A stretch of 64,000 nt of DNA from an uncultured Holophagales bacterium (GTDB taxonomy: Bacteria; Acidobacteriota; Thermoanaerobaculia; Multivoradales; UBA5704): contig CAVUHL010000003.1 of the NCBI GenBank assembly GCA_963741305.1, forward strand, positions 1,434,260-1,498,259, given 5' to 3'. The notes below the pieces were generated by a model. The model saw nothing but the letters and a program-made list of their open reading frames with translations. It did no database searches and was not told where the DNA came from. This document shows, in pieces, positions 55,678-64,000 of the stretch; position 1 is the first letter of the stretch; the number at the start of each line of letters is the position of its first letter. The position numbers and the translations under genes were made by a program.

Positions 55678-57759
55678 ATGAAGATTCGCACCCAGCTCGT
55701 CCTGGCCTTCCTGCTGCTCTCCGTATTACCCCTCACCGGGATCGTCCTCTACTCCTACGCCTCCTCCCAGCGGGCCGTGCGCAAGGTGGTGGAGGCCGAG
55801 GCCGAGGAGCTGACGCAGCAGATGAACGGCCGCATGTCCACGATCCGGGCGGAGCTGGGGCGCAGCGCCGAGCGGGTGGGCGAGATGCAGATGGCCTCGC
55901 TGCTGGATCGGCAGACGGAGGAGGAGCTGGAGAAGGATTTCCCCGAAGTGCTCCGGGCCATGGGCGAATCGGCTTCCCTGGTGGACTCCCTGGAATTCAC
56001 GCCGTCCGTGCCCGCCGCCCCGCCCGCGCCTTCAGCAAAAGCTCCTCCCGCTCCCGAGCTTCCCACTCCCCGCGTGTCCGGCGACCCGACAGCTCTTCCC
56101 GCTTCGCCTGCTCCGCCCGCCCCGCCGCCGATGGTCATCGACGTCCGGGAGATCCTGGCAGAAGTCGAGAGGGCCCATGGAGAGGTCGGAGCCATCCAGG
56201 ACGACCCGGAGATCCAGCGGGTGATCGAGCAGGCGAACCGGATCGCAGCCGAGGCGGTGGCTGGCGGCCGGGTCATCGTCCACTCGACGCCGGAAATGCC
56301 GGACACGTCTGAGAAAAGGGCGGAGCTGGAGAGGAAGGTTCGCCAGGCCGAGGCGCGCAACCGGGAGCTGGAGGCCCGGCTCGAGAAGCAGCGCAGGGAG
56401 ACCCGTCTCCTCATCGGCAAGGACATCGGGGCCCCGGTCAAGGAAGAGGGAGGGCGCGTGGTCGGCTGGGTCCGCGTCCAGGTCCGTCCCGAGGAGATCC
56501 TCAGCCGGGTGCTCGGAAGGACCCAACGCGAGCGAGGGGAGATCCCGTTCGCCGTCGACGCCGAGGGCAACGTCCACACCGCGAACGAGGAAGACCTGCA
56601 GAAGATCAAGGCCCTCCCGATCACCCGGAGCCTGGTCGATTCCTCCCGGCAGATCCTCGACGGCTGGGTCGTCGTGACCTCCAACAAGGACGAAGAGAGC
56701 GGGCTCACCCTCGGCGTGGCGCGGCCGATCCGGCAATCCCTCGAAGAGCTCAGGCGCACCGCGGCGCGCAACTTCGGCTACGGCCTGGCCCTGATCGCCT
56801 TCGCCCTGGTTGGCATCCTGCCGCTGTCGAACCGGATGACCCGGGACGTGGGCGTCCTGCAGCAGGGCGCGGAGCGGATCGCGCAAGGGGACCTGGCGAC
56901 GCGGGTCTCCGTGCGGTCGCGCAACGAGATCGGCGCCCTGGCCACGGCGTTCAACCGCATGGCCGGGGACCTGCGCACCAACCAGGAGAAGCTCGTCGAG
57001 CAGGAGACCGAGCAGCGCCTCCTGCGCAGCGAGTACGAGCGCAAGACCCGCGAGCTGGAAGAGGCCCGCACCTTCCAGCTCTCCCTCCTGCCCAAGACCC
57101 TGCCCGCCCATCCGCGCTTCGAGATCGCCGTCTCCATGCAGACCGCGACCGAGGTCGGAGGCGACTACTACGACTTCCACCTGTCCGAGGACGGCATCCT
57201 GACCACCGCGGTGGGGGATGCCACGGGGCACGGCGCCCGGGCCGGGACGATGGTGACGGTGGTGAAGAGCCTGTTCTCCGCCGACTCCGGAAGGTCCGCG
57301 CCGAGGGACTTCCTGGCCGAGGCCGCCGTGGCCGTGAAGCGCATGGAGCTGGAGCGGATGGCCATGAGCCTGACCCTCGCCCGCATGGATGGGAAGACCC
57401 TCACGCTAGCCGCCGCCGGCATGCCCCCCGCCCTGCTGTACCGCGCCGCATCCCAAGAGGTGGAAGAGATCGCCCTGGAGGGGATGCCGCTGGGCGGTCT
57501 CGCCTACGACTACCAGGAGCTGAGCCTGAAAGTGGCCTCTGGAGACACTCTGCTCCTGATGAGCGACGGTCTCCCCGAGCTGCAGGACGAGCAGGGCGAG
57601 CCCTTCGGCTATCCCCGGGTGCGCCAGGGCTTCCAGGAGCTGGGAAGCTGGACTCCGGAAGAGATCATCGCCGGTCTGGGTGACGCAGCGCGCACCTGGA
57701 CCGGCGGAAAACCCCCCAACGACGACGTGACGTTCGTAGTGCTGCGCTTTAGAGCGTAG
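55678..57759 (+). CDS. membrane sensor with HAMP domain and PP2C-type (SpoIIE/RsbU-like) serine phosphatase domain
   Basis: Two TM helices flanking periplasmic region, HAMP (LQQGAERIAQGDLATRVSVRSRNEIGALATAFNRMAGDL), coiled coil, PP2C motifs (GGDYYDF, GDATGHG, SDGLPE, NDDVT). Confidence 0.8.
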   Translation: MKIRTQLVLAFLLLSVLPLTGIVLYSYASSQRAVRKVVEAEAEELTQQMNGRMSTIRAELGRSAERVGEMQMASLLDRQTEEELEKDFPEVLRAMGESASLVDSLEFTPSVPAAPPAPSAKAPPAPELPTPRVSGDPTALPASPAPPAPPPMVIDVREILAEVERAHGEVGAIQDDPEIQRVIEQANRIAAEAVAGGRVIVHSTPEMPDTSEKRAELERKVRQAEARNRELEARLEKQRRETRLLIGKDIGAPVKEEGGRVVGWVRVQVRPEEILSRVLGRTQRERGEIPFAVDAEGNVHTANEEDLQKIKALPITRSLVDSSRQILDGWVVVTSNKDEESGLTLGVARPIRQSLEELRRTAARNFGYGLALIAFALVGILPLSNRMTRDVGVLQQGAERIAQGDLATRVSVRSRNEIGALATAFNRMAGDLRTNQEKLVEQETEQRLLRSEYERKTRELEEARTFQLSLLPKTLPAHPRFEIAVSMQTATEVGGDYYDFHLSEDGILTTAVGDATGHGARAGTMVTVVKSLFSADSGRSAPRDFLAEAAVAVKRMELERMAMSLTLARMDGKTLTLAAAGMPPALLYRAASQEVEEIALEGMPLGGLAYDYQELSLKVASGDTLLLMSDGLPELQDEQGEPFGYPRVRQGFQELGSWTPEEIIAGLGDAARTWTGGKPPNDDVTFVVLRFRA

Positions 57760-57769
57760 GCAGCGAGCG

Positions 57770-58045
57770 GGGCGGGCTCCGCCCCACTTGGGGGAGCATC
57801 CGCCCTAAATGGGGCGGCGTCCGCCCCGTATGGGGGAGCGATTGCCCCACATGGGGCGAGAGTCGCCCAAAAAAGGGCGAACGCTCCCCCAAGTGGGGGA
57901 GTTACTCCCCCAGCTAGGGCGATGACTGCCCCACATGGGGCGAGCGTTGCCCCATCTGGGGGGAGAGCTCCCCTTTTTGGGGCGGACGTTCCCCCATCTG
58001 GGGCGGACGCTGCCCCACAAAGGGCGAAGACCGCCCCAGATTCCC
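57770..58045. repeat. tandem array of about 13 copies of a 21-bp unit, each containing a GCCCC-N4-GGGGC mini-hairpin
   Basis: ccgccccacttgggggagcat ccgccctaaatggggcggcgt ccgccccgtatgggggagcgat tgccccacatggggcgagagt cgcccaaaaaagggcgaacgct ...; strict 21-bp phase. Confidence 0.85.
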
Positions 58046-58056
58046 GAGCTACTCCC

Positions 58057-58160
58057 CTGGGAGCGCCGGCGTCTCGCCGGCCCACGCTCCCCGCCCCCGA
58101 AGAAGGTCGGGCCTTCGGCCCAATGTTTTTTAGGAAGCCGGCGAGACGCCAGCGCTCCCA
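58057..58160. repeat. hairpin element, second member of the GGGCCTTCGGCCC-core family; includes probable intrinsic terminator for the PP2C gene
   Basis: 25-bp inverted repeat ctgggagcgccggcgtctcgccggc / gccggcgagacgccagcgctcccag flanking cgaagaaggtcgggccttcggcccaatgttttttagg. Confidence 0.75.
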
Positions 58161-58205
58161 GGGGGCTCGCGCGAGCAGAGGAGGAGGGCCGATGCGCGTG
58201 ATATC

Positions 58206-60191
58206 TTGAGAGAAACCTACGACGAGCCCGAATCCATGCCCTCCCACCCCTACGCGCCGAGTCGTTCCCAGAGCGCGCGCCTAGCGATCGACTTGGTCGC
58301 CCCCAAACGCTCGGCTCACGCTTCCATCCGAGGCTATCTGTACCAAGCTTGCGTAGGGGTGGAGCGCTGGCTGTCTCTGAAAGAGGGAGAGGTGCTGCTG
58401 TGTGAGGGCGATGAAGACTTGGACAGACTGCTCTTAGAGGAGGGTTTAGGCGTTATTGAGCAGGTAAAGGTGCGATCTCGGCCGGTCGAAGATCGAGTGC
58501 TGAGGGAGAGCTTGCAACGCTTCGCCGAGACCTTTGTGGCCCTGCGCCAGAGGGGGGAGGACCGCCAATTCGTCTTCATCTGCACAGCAGAGCGGGCCCG
58601 AGCGGGCCGTCGCTTCGACGGGATTGATCCAATGTCGTATTGGCTGGAGGGCGGGGAGAAGCGCTCGGAAGTGGAGCAGGAGACCGCCCGGGGAGCGGTG
58701 CGCCGGTGGCTTGCCCTAGAGACGGAATCGGCTACCAAGGACGGCGGTAACCTCCGGCACCTAGAGGGGGCCCTTGCTTGGCTGGACGGAGAGGTGGGGC
58801 GCTGGAGGGCGTTTCTTGACCGAGTTGAGTGGCGCTTCGGAGCGCCGGACATAGACGGAGTACGGGCCGTGATCGAGGAACGCCTGCAGCAGCGCTCCGA
58901 CGCCAACTCCCTACCCTTGGGTGAGGTCTTGGTGGACTGGCTGGTGAGCCGCGTCTTGAAGGCCTCGAGCCATCCCGGGCCAGTGGAGCGGGTGCTCACC
59001 CGGGAGGGGTTGAACGAACTCTTGGTCGAAGTGGCCGGGGAATTGACGGATTGGAGCCGTCGCCAGGGCTTTAACATCCGACAGGCTTTCAAGGAACTCG
59101 CCGGTCTGGGACCTCTCCTCACGCCAGGCGTTGCCTCGCTGCCTCTAGTGCATACAGACCACGGACAAAGTGGCCTTGTGCCCCCCGGCAAGCTACTGAC
59201 CGCCGCCTATGAGGTGGTTCCATTCGAGGAGGAAGCCCGCGCCGGGGAACTGGGTGAGTTAGAGGCTTGGTGCAACGAGAAGCGGTCTCGGATGGCTTGG
59301 TTATGGACGGGCGAACTAGGTGCTGGTAAAACGCGTTTGGCGATTGAGCTCTGTAGACGCCTAGCTGCCATTGGATGGGAGACAGGATTTCTCCGCTTGG
59401 ACGTGAGGACCGACGACTTGGAATCCCTGGTCCGGGGAGTCCTCCCTCGTTTAGTTGTCGTAGACAATGCTCAGACCCGCCTGGAGCTGTTGAAGGCGGT
59501 GCTCACGCGGGTCGGAGAGGCCCAGGGGCCGCCGAAGTTGCGGCTGCTTCTGCTCGCGCGACAGGCGGGCGCTTGGTGGGGGCTGCTCAAGCTAGCTAGT
59601 AGGGATGCAGAAGATTTGCTCTTGAGTTCCCCCATCGCCAGATCTCTGGGTCCCTTGGTGAAGAACGAAAGGGAGATCCTGGAAGCCTATCGACGAGCAC
59701 TCATCTCTTTTCACGAAATAACACACCAAGCAATGCCGGAGGATTTTTCTCCGCCCGTTTTTTCAGCCGAAGAGGCTCGATTGCCCCTTCTCCTTCACAT
59801 GCGGGCACTGGAGTCTAAAGACGTTGGCACCCTTCCGGGTGCTGACGGCTTGCTTTCCCGCCTTGTTAACCGTGAGAGGATGATCTGGGGAGCTGCCCTT
59901 CAAGATCTTAGGATTCTTTATGGCTCTATCCCTGCTTGTGCAGAGGGGATGATCGAGAAAACGATGGCATCTATTACGATGCTAGGTGGAGTGAGCAATC
60001 AAGTAGAGGCGGAGGCCGTTGCGGAGGCGGCGGGGTCGCATTCACCTGCTGAAAGGCGAGTTATCATAGAAGTGCTTCATCGTCTCTATTCTGGTCCAGA
60101 AGTTGGGGGGCAATTTGTGCAGGCGCTTCAACCGGACCGTCTCGGTGAGGAACTAGTCGCCCAGGTTCTGGGAGGACGCCATGACCGATAA
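58206..60191 (+). CDS. STAND-class P-loop NTPase with about 330-aa N-terminal domain of unknown function (possible PD-(D/E)xK-like nuclease effector)
   Basis: Walker A GELGAGKTRLAIELCRR, Walker B RLVVVDNAQ, helical C-terminus; N-domain motif ...VLLCEGDEDLD...VIEQVKV; GC about 58%, lower than backbone. Confidence 0.6.
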   Translation: MRETYDEPESMPSHPYAPSRSQSARLAIDLVAPKRSAHASIRGYLYQACVGVERWLSLKEGEVLLCEGDEDLDRLLLEEGLGVIEQVKVRSRPVEDRVLRESLQRFAETFVALRQRGEDRQFVFICTAERARAGRRFDGIDPMSYWLEGGEKRSEVEQETARGAVRRWLALETESATKDGGNLRHLEGALAWLDGEVGRWRAFLDRVEWRFGAPDIDGVRAVIEERLQQRSDANSLPLGEVLVDWLVSRVLKASSHPGPVERVLTREGLNELLVEVAGELTDWSRRQGFNIRQAFKELAGLGPLLTPGVASLPLVHTDHGQSGLVPPGKLLTAAYEVVPFEEEARAGELGELEAWCNEKRSRMAWLWTGELGAGKTRLAIELCRRLAAIGWETGFLRLDVRTDDLESLVRGVLPRLVVVDNAQTRLELLKAVLTRVGEAQGPPKLRLLLLARQAGAWWGLLKLASRDAEDLLLSSPIARSLGPLVKNEREILEAYRRALISFHEITHQAMPEDFSPPVFSAEEARLPLLLHMRALESKDVGTLPGADGLLSRLVNRERMIWGAALQDLRILYGSIPACAEGMIEKTMASITMLGGVSNQVEAEAVAEAAGSHSPAERRVIIEVLHRLYSGPEVGGQFVQALQPDRLGEELVAQVLGGRHDR

Positions 60192-63100
60192 AAGGCATGA
60201 GGGAGCCACACTCCCGAGTAAGCTCCTCCAGGTTGGAGGTCCGGCTGGCAGAAAACATCTCCTCACTTCTCTCACTCGTCTTGCCGCAAGGCGCCCTGAA
60301 GCGCGAGGTTGGTTGAAGAGCGCTCTATCGGAAAATTTAAAGGAACTAATGGAACCAGCCGTCTTAGTCGCATTCGAGACAGGCGATCCTATAGGCCAAG
60401 TTCTGGCGGAACTGATTGAGGAGCAAGGGGACGAGCAGATTGTTCGACAGCTGCAAGAACTCTGTGATCAGCCGCAATTTGAGAATTCCATACCTCTGCT
60501 CGAATTAGGCGTGATAGTAACAAAGAAGGTCCTAGAGAGTTACGGGTTAGATTTTTCCTCTGAACCTGCCGATAGGGTGCGGGCTTATGCTCATCTCTTG
60601 GAGAATCTTGCTACCCGCCTTGGAGCCCTGGGTCGACTGGAGGAAGCGCTAGAGCACGCTGAGCATGCCGTGGGTCTCTTTCGGGGTCTGCCCCCCGAGA
60701 CTCCTGATGTAGCAGCCGATTTGGGGAGAAGCTTAACCAACTTGGGCCTCCGTCTCAGTGCTTTAGGTCGTGTAGAGGATGCACTTTCAGCGAGCGAGGA
60801 GTCGATAAGTCTGGTTCGGCAGTCGTCTCGCCTTCAGTTCGCAAATCACGTCAATGTTCAGATCCTGGGTGATAACAACGTCGTCCTCATCGGCAGATCC
60901 CGCCTCGACCTTACGCTCTACCGCGGGCGGAGGGGGGCGGCTTTTTCCTCTCCTGGGGAGGCGGGCGAGGCAGCCGAGGTCCTCAGCCCCTATGCCATGG
61001 CGGTCCCTCTCGTAGGCCGGGAGCGGGAATGGTCCGATCTCTGGACTTGGCTGAACAGCGGCTTGTCTGTATCCATCCGTGTCGTCACCGCGCCTGGCGG
61101 TGGCGGCAAGACGCGCCTTGCACTGGAACTCTGCGAGGAGGCTGTCCGCCGGGGGTGGTACGCCGGCTTCGTGAAGACTACAGCGCCCTTGGACTCTGTT
61201 GCAGGAAAGTTGCCGCGCCCGACGCTCGCTGTGGTGGACTACGCCGCCGCCCGGCTCCCCTGGCTGCGGGAGTGGTTGGCCGACCTCGCCAGTTCGCCGC
61301 CCGTCGGCGGTCCGCTGCGCATCTTACTCCTCGAACGGAACGCTGATCCGGCGTTGGGTTGGTGGGCGGAGACGTTCCGGAGGGGGAGTTGTGGAGATGC
61401 AGCAGTCCGGCACCTGCTGGATCCTGCCGATGGTCCCTACCCACTCCCACCACTTCGCCAGGTGGAACAACGGCGGGCTATCCTAGAAGCAACGCTCCGG
61501 AGCATCGGGAGCGATTTACGGCTACCGACGCGCGAGGAGCACCCGGACTTCGACCGCCAGTTGGCGACGCTGAGTTGGGGTGGCGAGCCGCTCTTTCTTA
61601 TGATGGCTGCCCTTACCGGAGCGAAGTGCGGTCTGGGGCACGTCCTCTCCTTGAATCGGGCAGACCTAGCCTTCGAGGTCGCTCAGCGGCGCGAGTTGAA
61701 CCGGATTAGTCAGATCGGGATGAGCCGCCTAATCTCAGAGTCTTTGGTCTGCCACATGGCGGCCTACGTGACCCTCTGCCAAGGACTTACGCGCGAGCAA
61801 GCGGAGGTAGCAATTGTAGTTGAGGACGAGGCATTGCGGCACGATCGTCTCAGTGATCCGCTGGTGATCTACGGGGCTCTGTACAACGCCCTTCCTGGAG
61901 CCGGGAATGCCATCGCGCCCATTCTGCCTGATGTGGTCGGGGAGGCTGCAATCTTGATGGCGCTCGGCGAGATGGATTTGGCAAAGGCTAGCGAGGCGGT
62001 CGTCCGAGCAGCAAACCAGGCACCGGAAAGGGTAGCAGCGACTGTGATGCGGATGGTCCAGGACTTCGGTGATTACGATAGCCGGCCAATAGAATGGCTG
62101 AACCGACTGACCGAAGACGTTATCGATTTAGAGGGATTGAAGAGGCTCGTTGGTCAGTTGCCAGAGAAGACTATAGTATTACGCGAGTTCTCTGCTAAAG
62201 TGATGGCGGCGCTGCTCGAGCGACTCCGTGGGGAAGGCGAAAAGGAAGGCATAGCTCTAGCCAGCAATAATCTTTCTATATATCTGGCCTCCCTTGGCCG
62301 TAGAGAAGAGGCGTTGGAGGCAGTGCAAGAGGCGGTTTTCCTATACCGTGATTTAGAGCAGTTCCGTCCTGATGTGTTCGGCCCCGACCTTGCAACATCG
62401 CTCAACAACCTATCCAATAGTCTGAGCGAACTTGGCCATAGTGAAGAGGCTTTGGTGGCGGTGCAAGAGGCGGCTTCCCTATACCGGAATCTAGCGCAGT
62501 CGCGTCCTGATGCGTTCGGGCCAGACCTCGCAACATCTCTCAACAACCTGTCCAACCGTCTGAGCGATCTCGGACGTCGTGAAGAGGCTTTGGAGTCAGT
62601 GCAAGAGGCGGTTGCCCTATACCGGAATCTAGTGCAGTTCCGTCCTGATGCATTCGGTCCGGATCTCGCGACATCTCTCAGCAACTTGTCCAACCGCCTG
62701 AGCGATCTCGGTAGGCTGGAGGAGGCTTTTAACTCGGTACAGGAGGCTGTAGATCTGTACCGTGAGCTGTCGTTTTTGCGACCCGATGCTTACCGTCCAG
62801 ACTTTGCGACGTCTCTCAACAACCTATCCAACCGCCTAAGCGCCCTTGGCCATCGCGAAGAGGCATTGGCGGTCGTGCAGGAGGCGGTGGATGTGTACCG
62901 CGAGCTTTCGCAGGCTCGTCCCGACGCGTTCTATCCGAATCTTGCGCTATCACTCAACAACCTTTCCAATCATCTGAGCGCTCTTGGCCGTCAAGAAGAG
63001 GCTCTGGAGGCCGTGCAGGAGGCATTAGCTGTATATCGTGAGCTTTCTCAGTCTCGTCCCGACGCGTTCCGTCCGGACACGGCGAAGTCGCTCAACAACT

Positions 63101-63765
63101 TGTCGAATTATCTGCGCGCTCTTGGCCGTCCTGAAGAGGCTCTAAGGGCTGTCGAGGAGTCGGTGGCTGTATACCGTGAGCTTGCGCCATTGCGTCCGGA
63201 GGCATTTCGTCCGTACTTGGCAATTTCGCTCAACAACCTATCTGTTCATCTGAGCGCTCTTGGCCGACGTGAAGAGTCGCTGGAGACAGTAGAGGAGGCA
63301 GTGGATGTCTATCGCGAACTTTCGCGGTCCCGTCCTGATGCGTTCCGGACGGATCTTGCGACGTCGCTCAACAATCTTTCCAATCGGCTGAGCGATCTTA
63401 GCCGCCGTGAAGAGGCTCTGGCGGCAGTGCATGAGTCAGTGGCCATCCGGCGCGAGCTTTCGCAGTCCCGTCCTGATGCGTTCCGGCCGGACCTTGCCTC
63501 CTCTCTCCACAACGTTGCCCTCCGGCTGCAGGAACTTGGCAGGCTTGGTGAAGCGCTGGAGGCCTCGGAAGAGGCCGTCCGCATGCTCCTGCCTTTCTTC
63601 CAAGCGCTTCCGGCAGCTTTTCGGGGCTGGATGACATGGATGACCAGCTTGTATCAGAAGTTATCGGTGGAGAATGGCCGACAACCCGATCCCGAGCTGA
63701 TCCAAGCGATCGCCTCTTCATCGGAGCGAGTCGAGCCTTCTTCTGACCCAGGGAGCCCATCATGA
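60181..63765 (+). CDS. STAND-class P-loop NTPase with two N-terminal and about eleven C-terminal TPR (TPR_10/12-like) repeats
   Basis: ATG overlapping upstream stop by 11 nt; Walker A VVTAPGGGGKTRLALELCEE, Walker B TLAVVDYAA; eleven 42-aa repeats SLNNLSNRLSxLGRxEEALxxVQEAVxLYRELSQSRPDAFRPDLAT. Confidence 0.7.
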   Translation: MTDKRHEGATLPSKLLQVGGPAGRKHLLTSLTRLAARRPEARGWLKSALSENLKELMEPAVLVAFETGDPIGQVLAELIEEQGDEQIVRQLQELCDQPQFENSIPLLELGVIVTKKVLESYGLDFSSEPADRVRAYAHLLENLATRLGALGRLEEALEHAEHAVGLFRGLPPETPDVAADLGRSLTNLGLRLSALGRVEDALSASEESISLVRQSSRLQFANHVNVQILGDNNVVLIGRSRLDLTLYRGRRGAAFSSPGEAGEAAEVLSPYAMAVPLVGREREWSDLWTWLNSGLSVSIRVVTAPGGGGKTRLALELCEEAVRRGWYAGFVKTTAPLDSVAGKLPRPTLAVVDYAAARLPWLREWLADLASSPPVGGPLRILLLERNADPALGWWAETFRRGSCGDAAVRHLLDPADGPYPLPPLRQVEQRRAILEATLRSIGSDLRLPTREEHPDFDRQLATLSWGGEPLFLMMAALTGAKCGLGHVLSLNRADLAFEVAQRRELNRISQIGMSRLISESLVCHMAAYVTLCQGLTREQAEVAIVVEDEALRHDRLSDPLVIYGALYNALPGAGNAIAPILPDVVGEAAILMALGEMDLAKASEAVVRAANQAPERVAATVMRMVQDFGDYDSRPIEWLNRLTEDVIDLEGLKRLVGQLPEKTIVLREFSAKVMAALLERLRGEGEKEGIALASNNLSIYLASLGRREEALEAVQEAVFLYRDLEQFRPDVFGPDLATSLNNLSNSLSELGHSEEALVAVQEAASLYRNLAQSRPDAFGPDLATSLNNLSNRLSDLGRREEALESVQEAVALYRNLVQFRPDAFGPDLATSLSNLSNRLSDLGRLEEAFNSVQEAVDLYRELSFLRPDAYRPDFATSLNNLSNRLSALGHREEALAVVQEAVDVYRELSQARPDAFYPNLALSLNNLSNHLSALGRQEEALEAVQEALAVYRELSQSRPDAFRPDTAKSLNNLSNYLRALGRPEEALRAVEESVAVYRELAPLRPEAFRPYLAISLNNLSVHLSALGRREESLETVEEAVDVYRELSRSRPDAFRTDLATSLNNLSNRLSDLSRREEALAAVHESVAIRRELSQSRPDAFRPDLASSLHNVALRLQELGRLGEALEASEEAVRMLLPFFQALPAAFRGWMTWMTSLYQKLSVENGRQPDPELIQAIASSSERVEPSSDPGSPS

Positions 63766-64000
63766 TCGATCCTGCAATCGTCGCAACAGCCGTCGTATCC
63801 GTACTCTCCCCCTACTTCGTAGAAGCCGCCAAGGCCGGTGCGAAGAAGATCGGGGAGGCGACCTTCGAGGGAGCCGGCAAGCTGTACAAGACGCTCAAGG
63901 AGCGTTTCACCGAGCCCGCCGAGGAGAAGGCCCTGGCCAAGCTGGAGGCCGCGCCCGAGAAGCCGGACGCCCAAGCGGCCTTGCGGCTGTTTCTGGAGGA
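63762..64000 (+). CDS. hypothetical protein, 5' partial (runs off window end), translationally coupled to TPR-NTPase gene
   Basis: ATGA overlap with upstream stop; MIDPAIVATAVVSVLSPYFVEAAKAGAKKIGEATFEG... open to end of window. Confidence 0.4.
   Translation, partial: MIDPAIVATAVVSVLSPYFVEAAKAGAKKIGEATFEGAGKLYKTLKERFTEPAEEKALAKLEAAPEKPDAQAALRLFLE

Noticed and set aside
55755-57231. Minus-strand ORFs 55755-56771 and 56032-57231 antisense to the HAMP-PP2C gene
   Set aside because: Antisense artefacts; the plus-strand gene has complete PP2C motifs.
57609-58247. 212-aa minus ORF and small ORFs across the 21-bp hairpin array
   Set aside because: Translation of the tandem array (repetitive GA..APxGG peptides).
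1-64000. Search for tRNA, rRNA or tmRNA genes in intergenic spaces
   Set aside because: No T-loop consensus (GGTTCGAATCC-like) with a matching acceptor stem was found by eye in any intergenic gap; absence is not proven without a covariance-model scan.

Overview
This is a 64 kb window of a high-GC (about 68-70 %) Gram-negative chromosome, most consistent with an Acidobacteria-, Myxococcota- or deltaproteobacteria-like genome. Conserved backbone genes sit between lower-GC accessory blocks. The ORF track shows many long antisense reading frames that are artefacts of GC-rich coding DNA, and I discarded them.

**Gene content, left to right**
- A low-GC islet (1-3360) carries a 456-aa orphan protein and a REP-associated tyrosine (HUH, IS200-like) transposase, with a tandem 415-bp duplication of its 3' end.
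- An RND efflux pair (periplasmic adaptor and permease) follows, then a polytopic membrane/TPR protein.
- Two tandem paralogous roughly 1315-aa hybrid sensor histidine kinases have periplasmic beta-propeller (Reg_prop/Y_Y_Y) sensors.
- Next come an SDR oxidoreductase, a membrane protein, and the housekeeping genes ribH, nusB, leuS and lptE.
- Convergent to these are rpsT and a complete tol-pal/cpoB cluster with a LOG-family gene.
- An RHH protein precedes a 770-bp repeat-dense non-coding region, then an EamA exporter and a GNAT::class-V aminotransferase fusion.
- A metallophosphoesterase and a secreted Cys-rich protein follow, then DUF899.
- A lower-GC islet of five small orphan genes abuts a 21-bp-period tandem array of about 27 copies.
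- D-aminoacylase and a PQQ-type sugar dehydrogenase come next, then a multiply frameshifted amidohydrolase pseudogene and an alpha/beta hydrolase.
- A minus-strand operon of six tightly coupled genes encodes:
  - a cytochrome b
  - a roughly 23-heme c-type cytochrome
  - a 10-heme c-type cytochrome
  - an outer-membrane beta-barrel
  - an FAD/4Fe-4S oxidoreductase
  - a TIM-barrel protein
- After that come a thioredoxin-like protein, an M28 peptidase, and a HAMP-PP2C phosphatase followed by a second 21-bp hairpin array.
- The window ends with a lower-GC operon of two tandem STAND P-loop NTPases (one with 13 TPRs) plus a partial downstream gene.

**Repeat families**
- GTAGGGGCG-type REP palindromes occur in three places and match the RAYT-like transposase.
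- A roughly 210-bp MITE-like element with 53-bp terminal inverted repeats occurs in three copies.
- A hairpin element with a conserved GGGCCTTCGGCCC core occurs in two copies.

No rRNA, tRNA or CRISPR was detected by eye.

The most interesting candidates are the porin-multihaem cytochrome operon, the STAND NTPase pair, the two 21-bp arrays and the repeat families.
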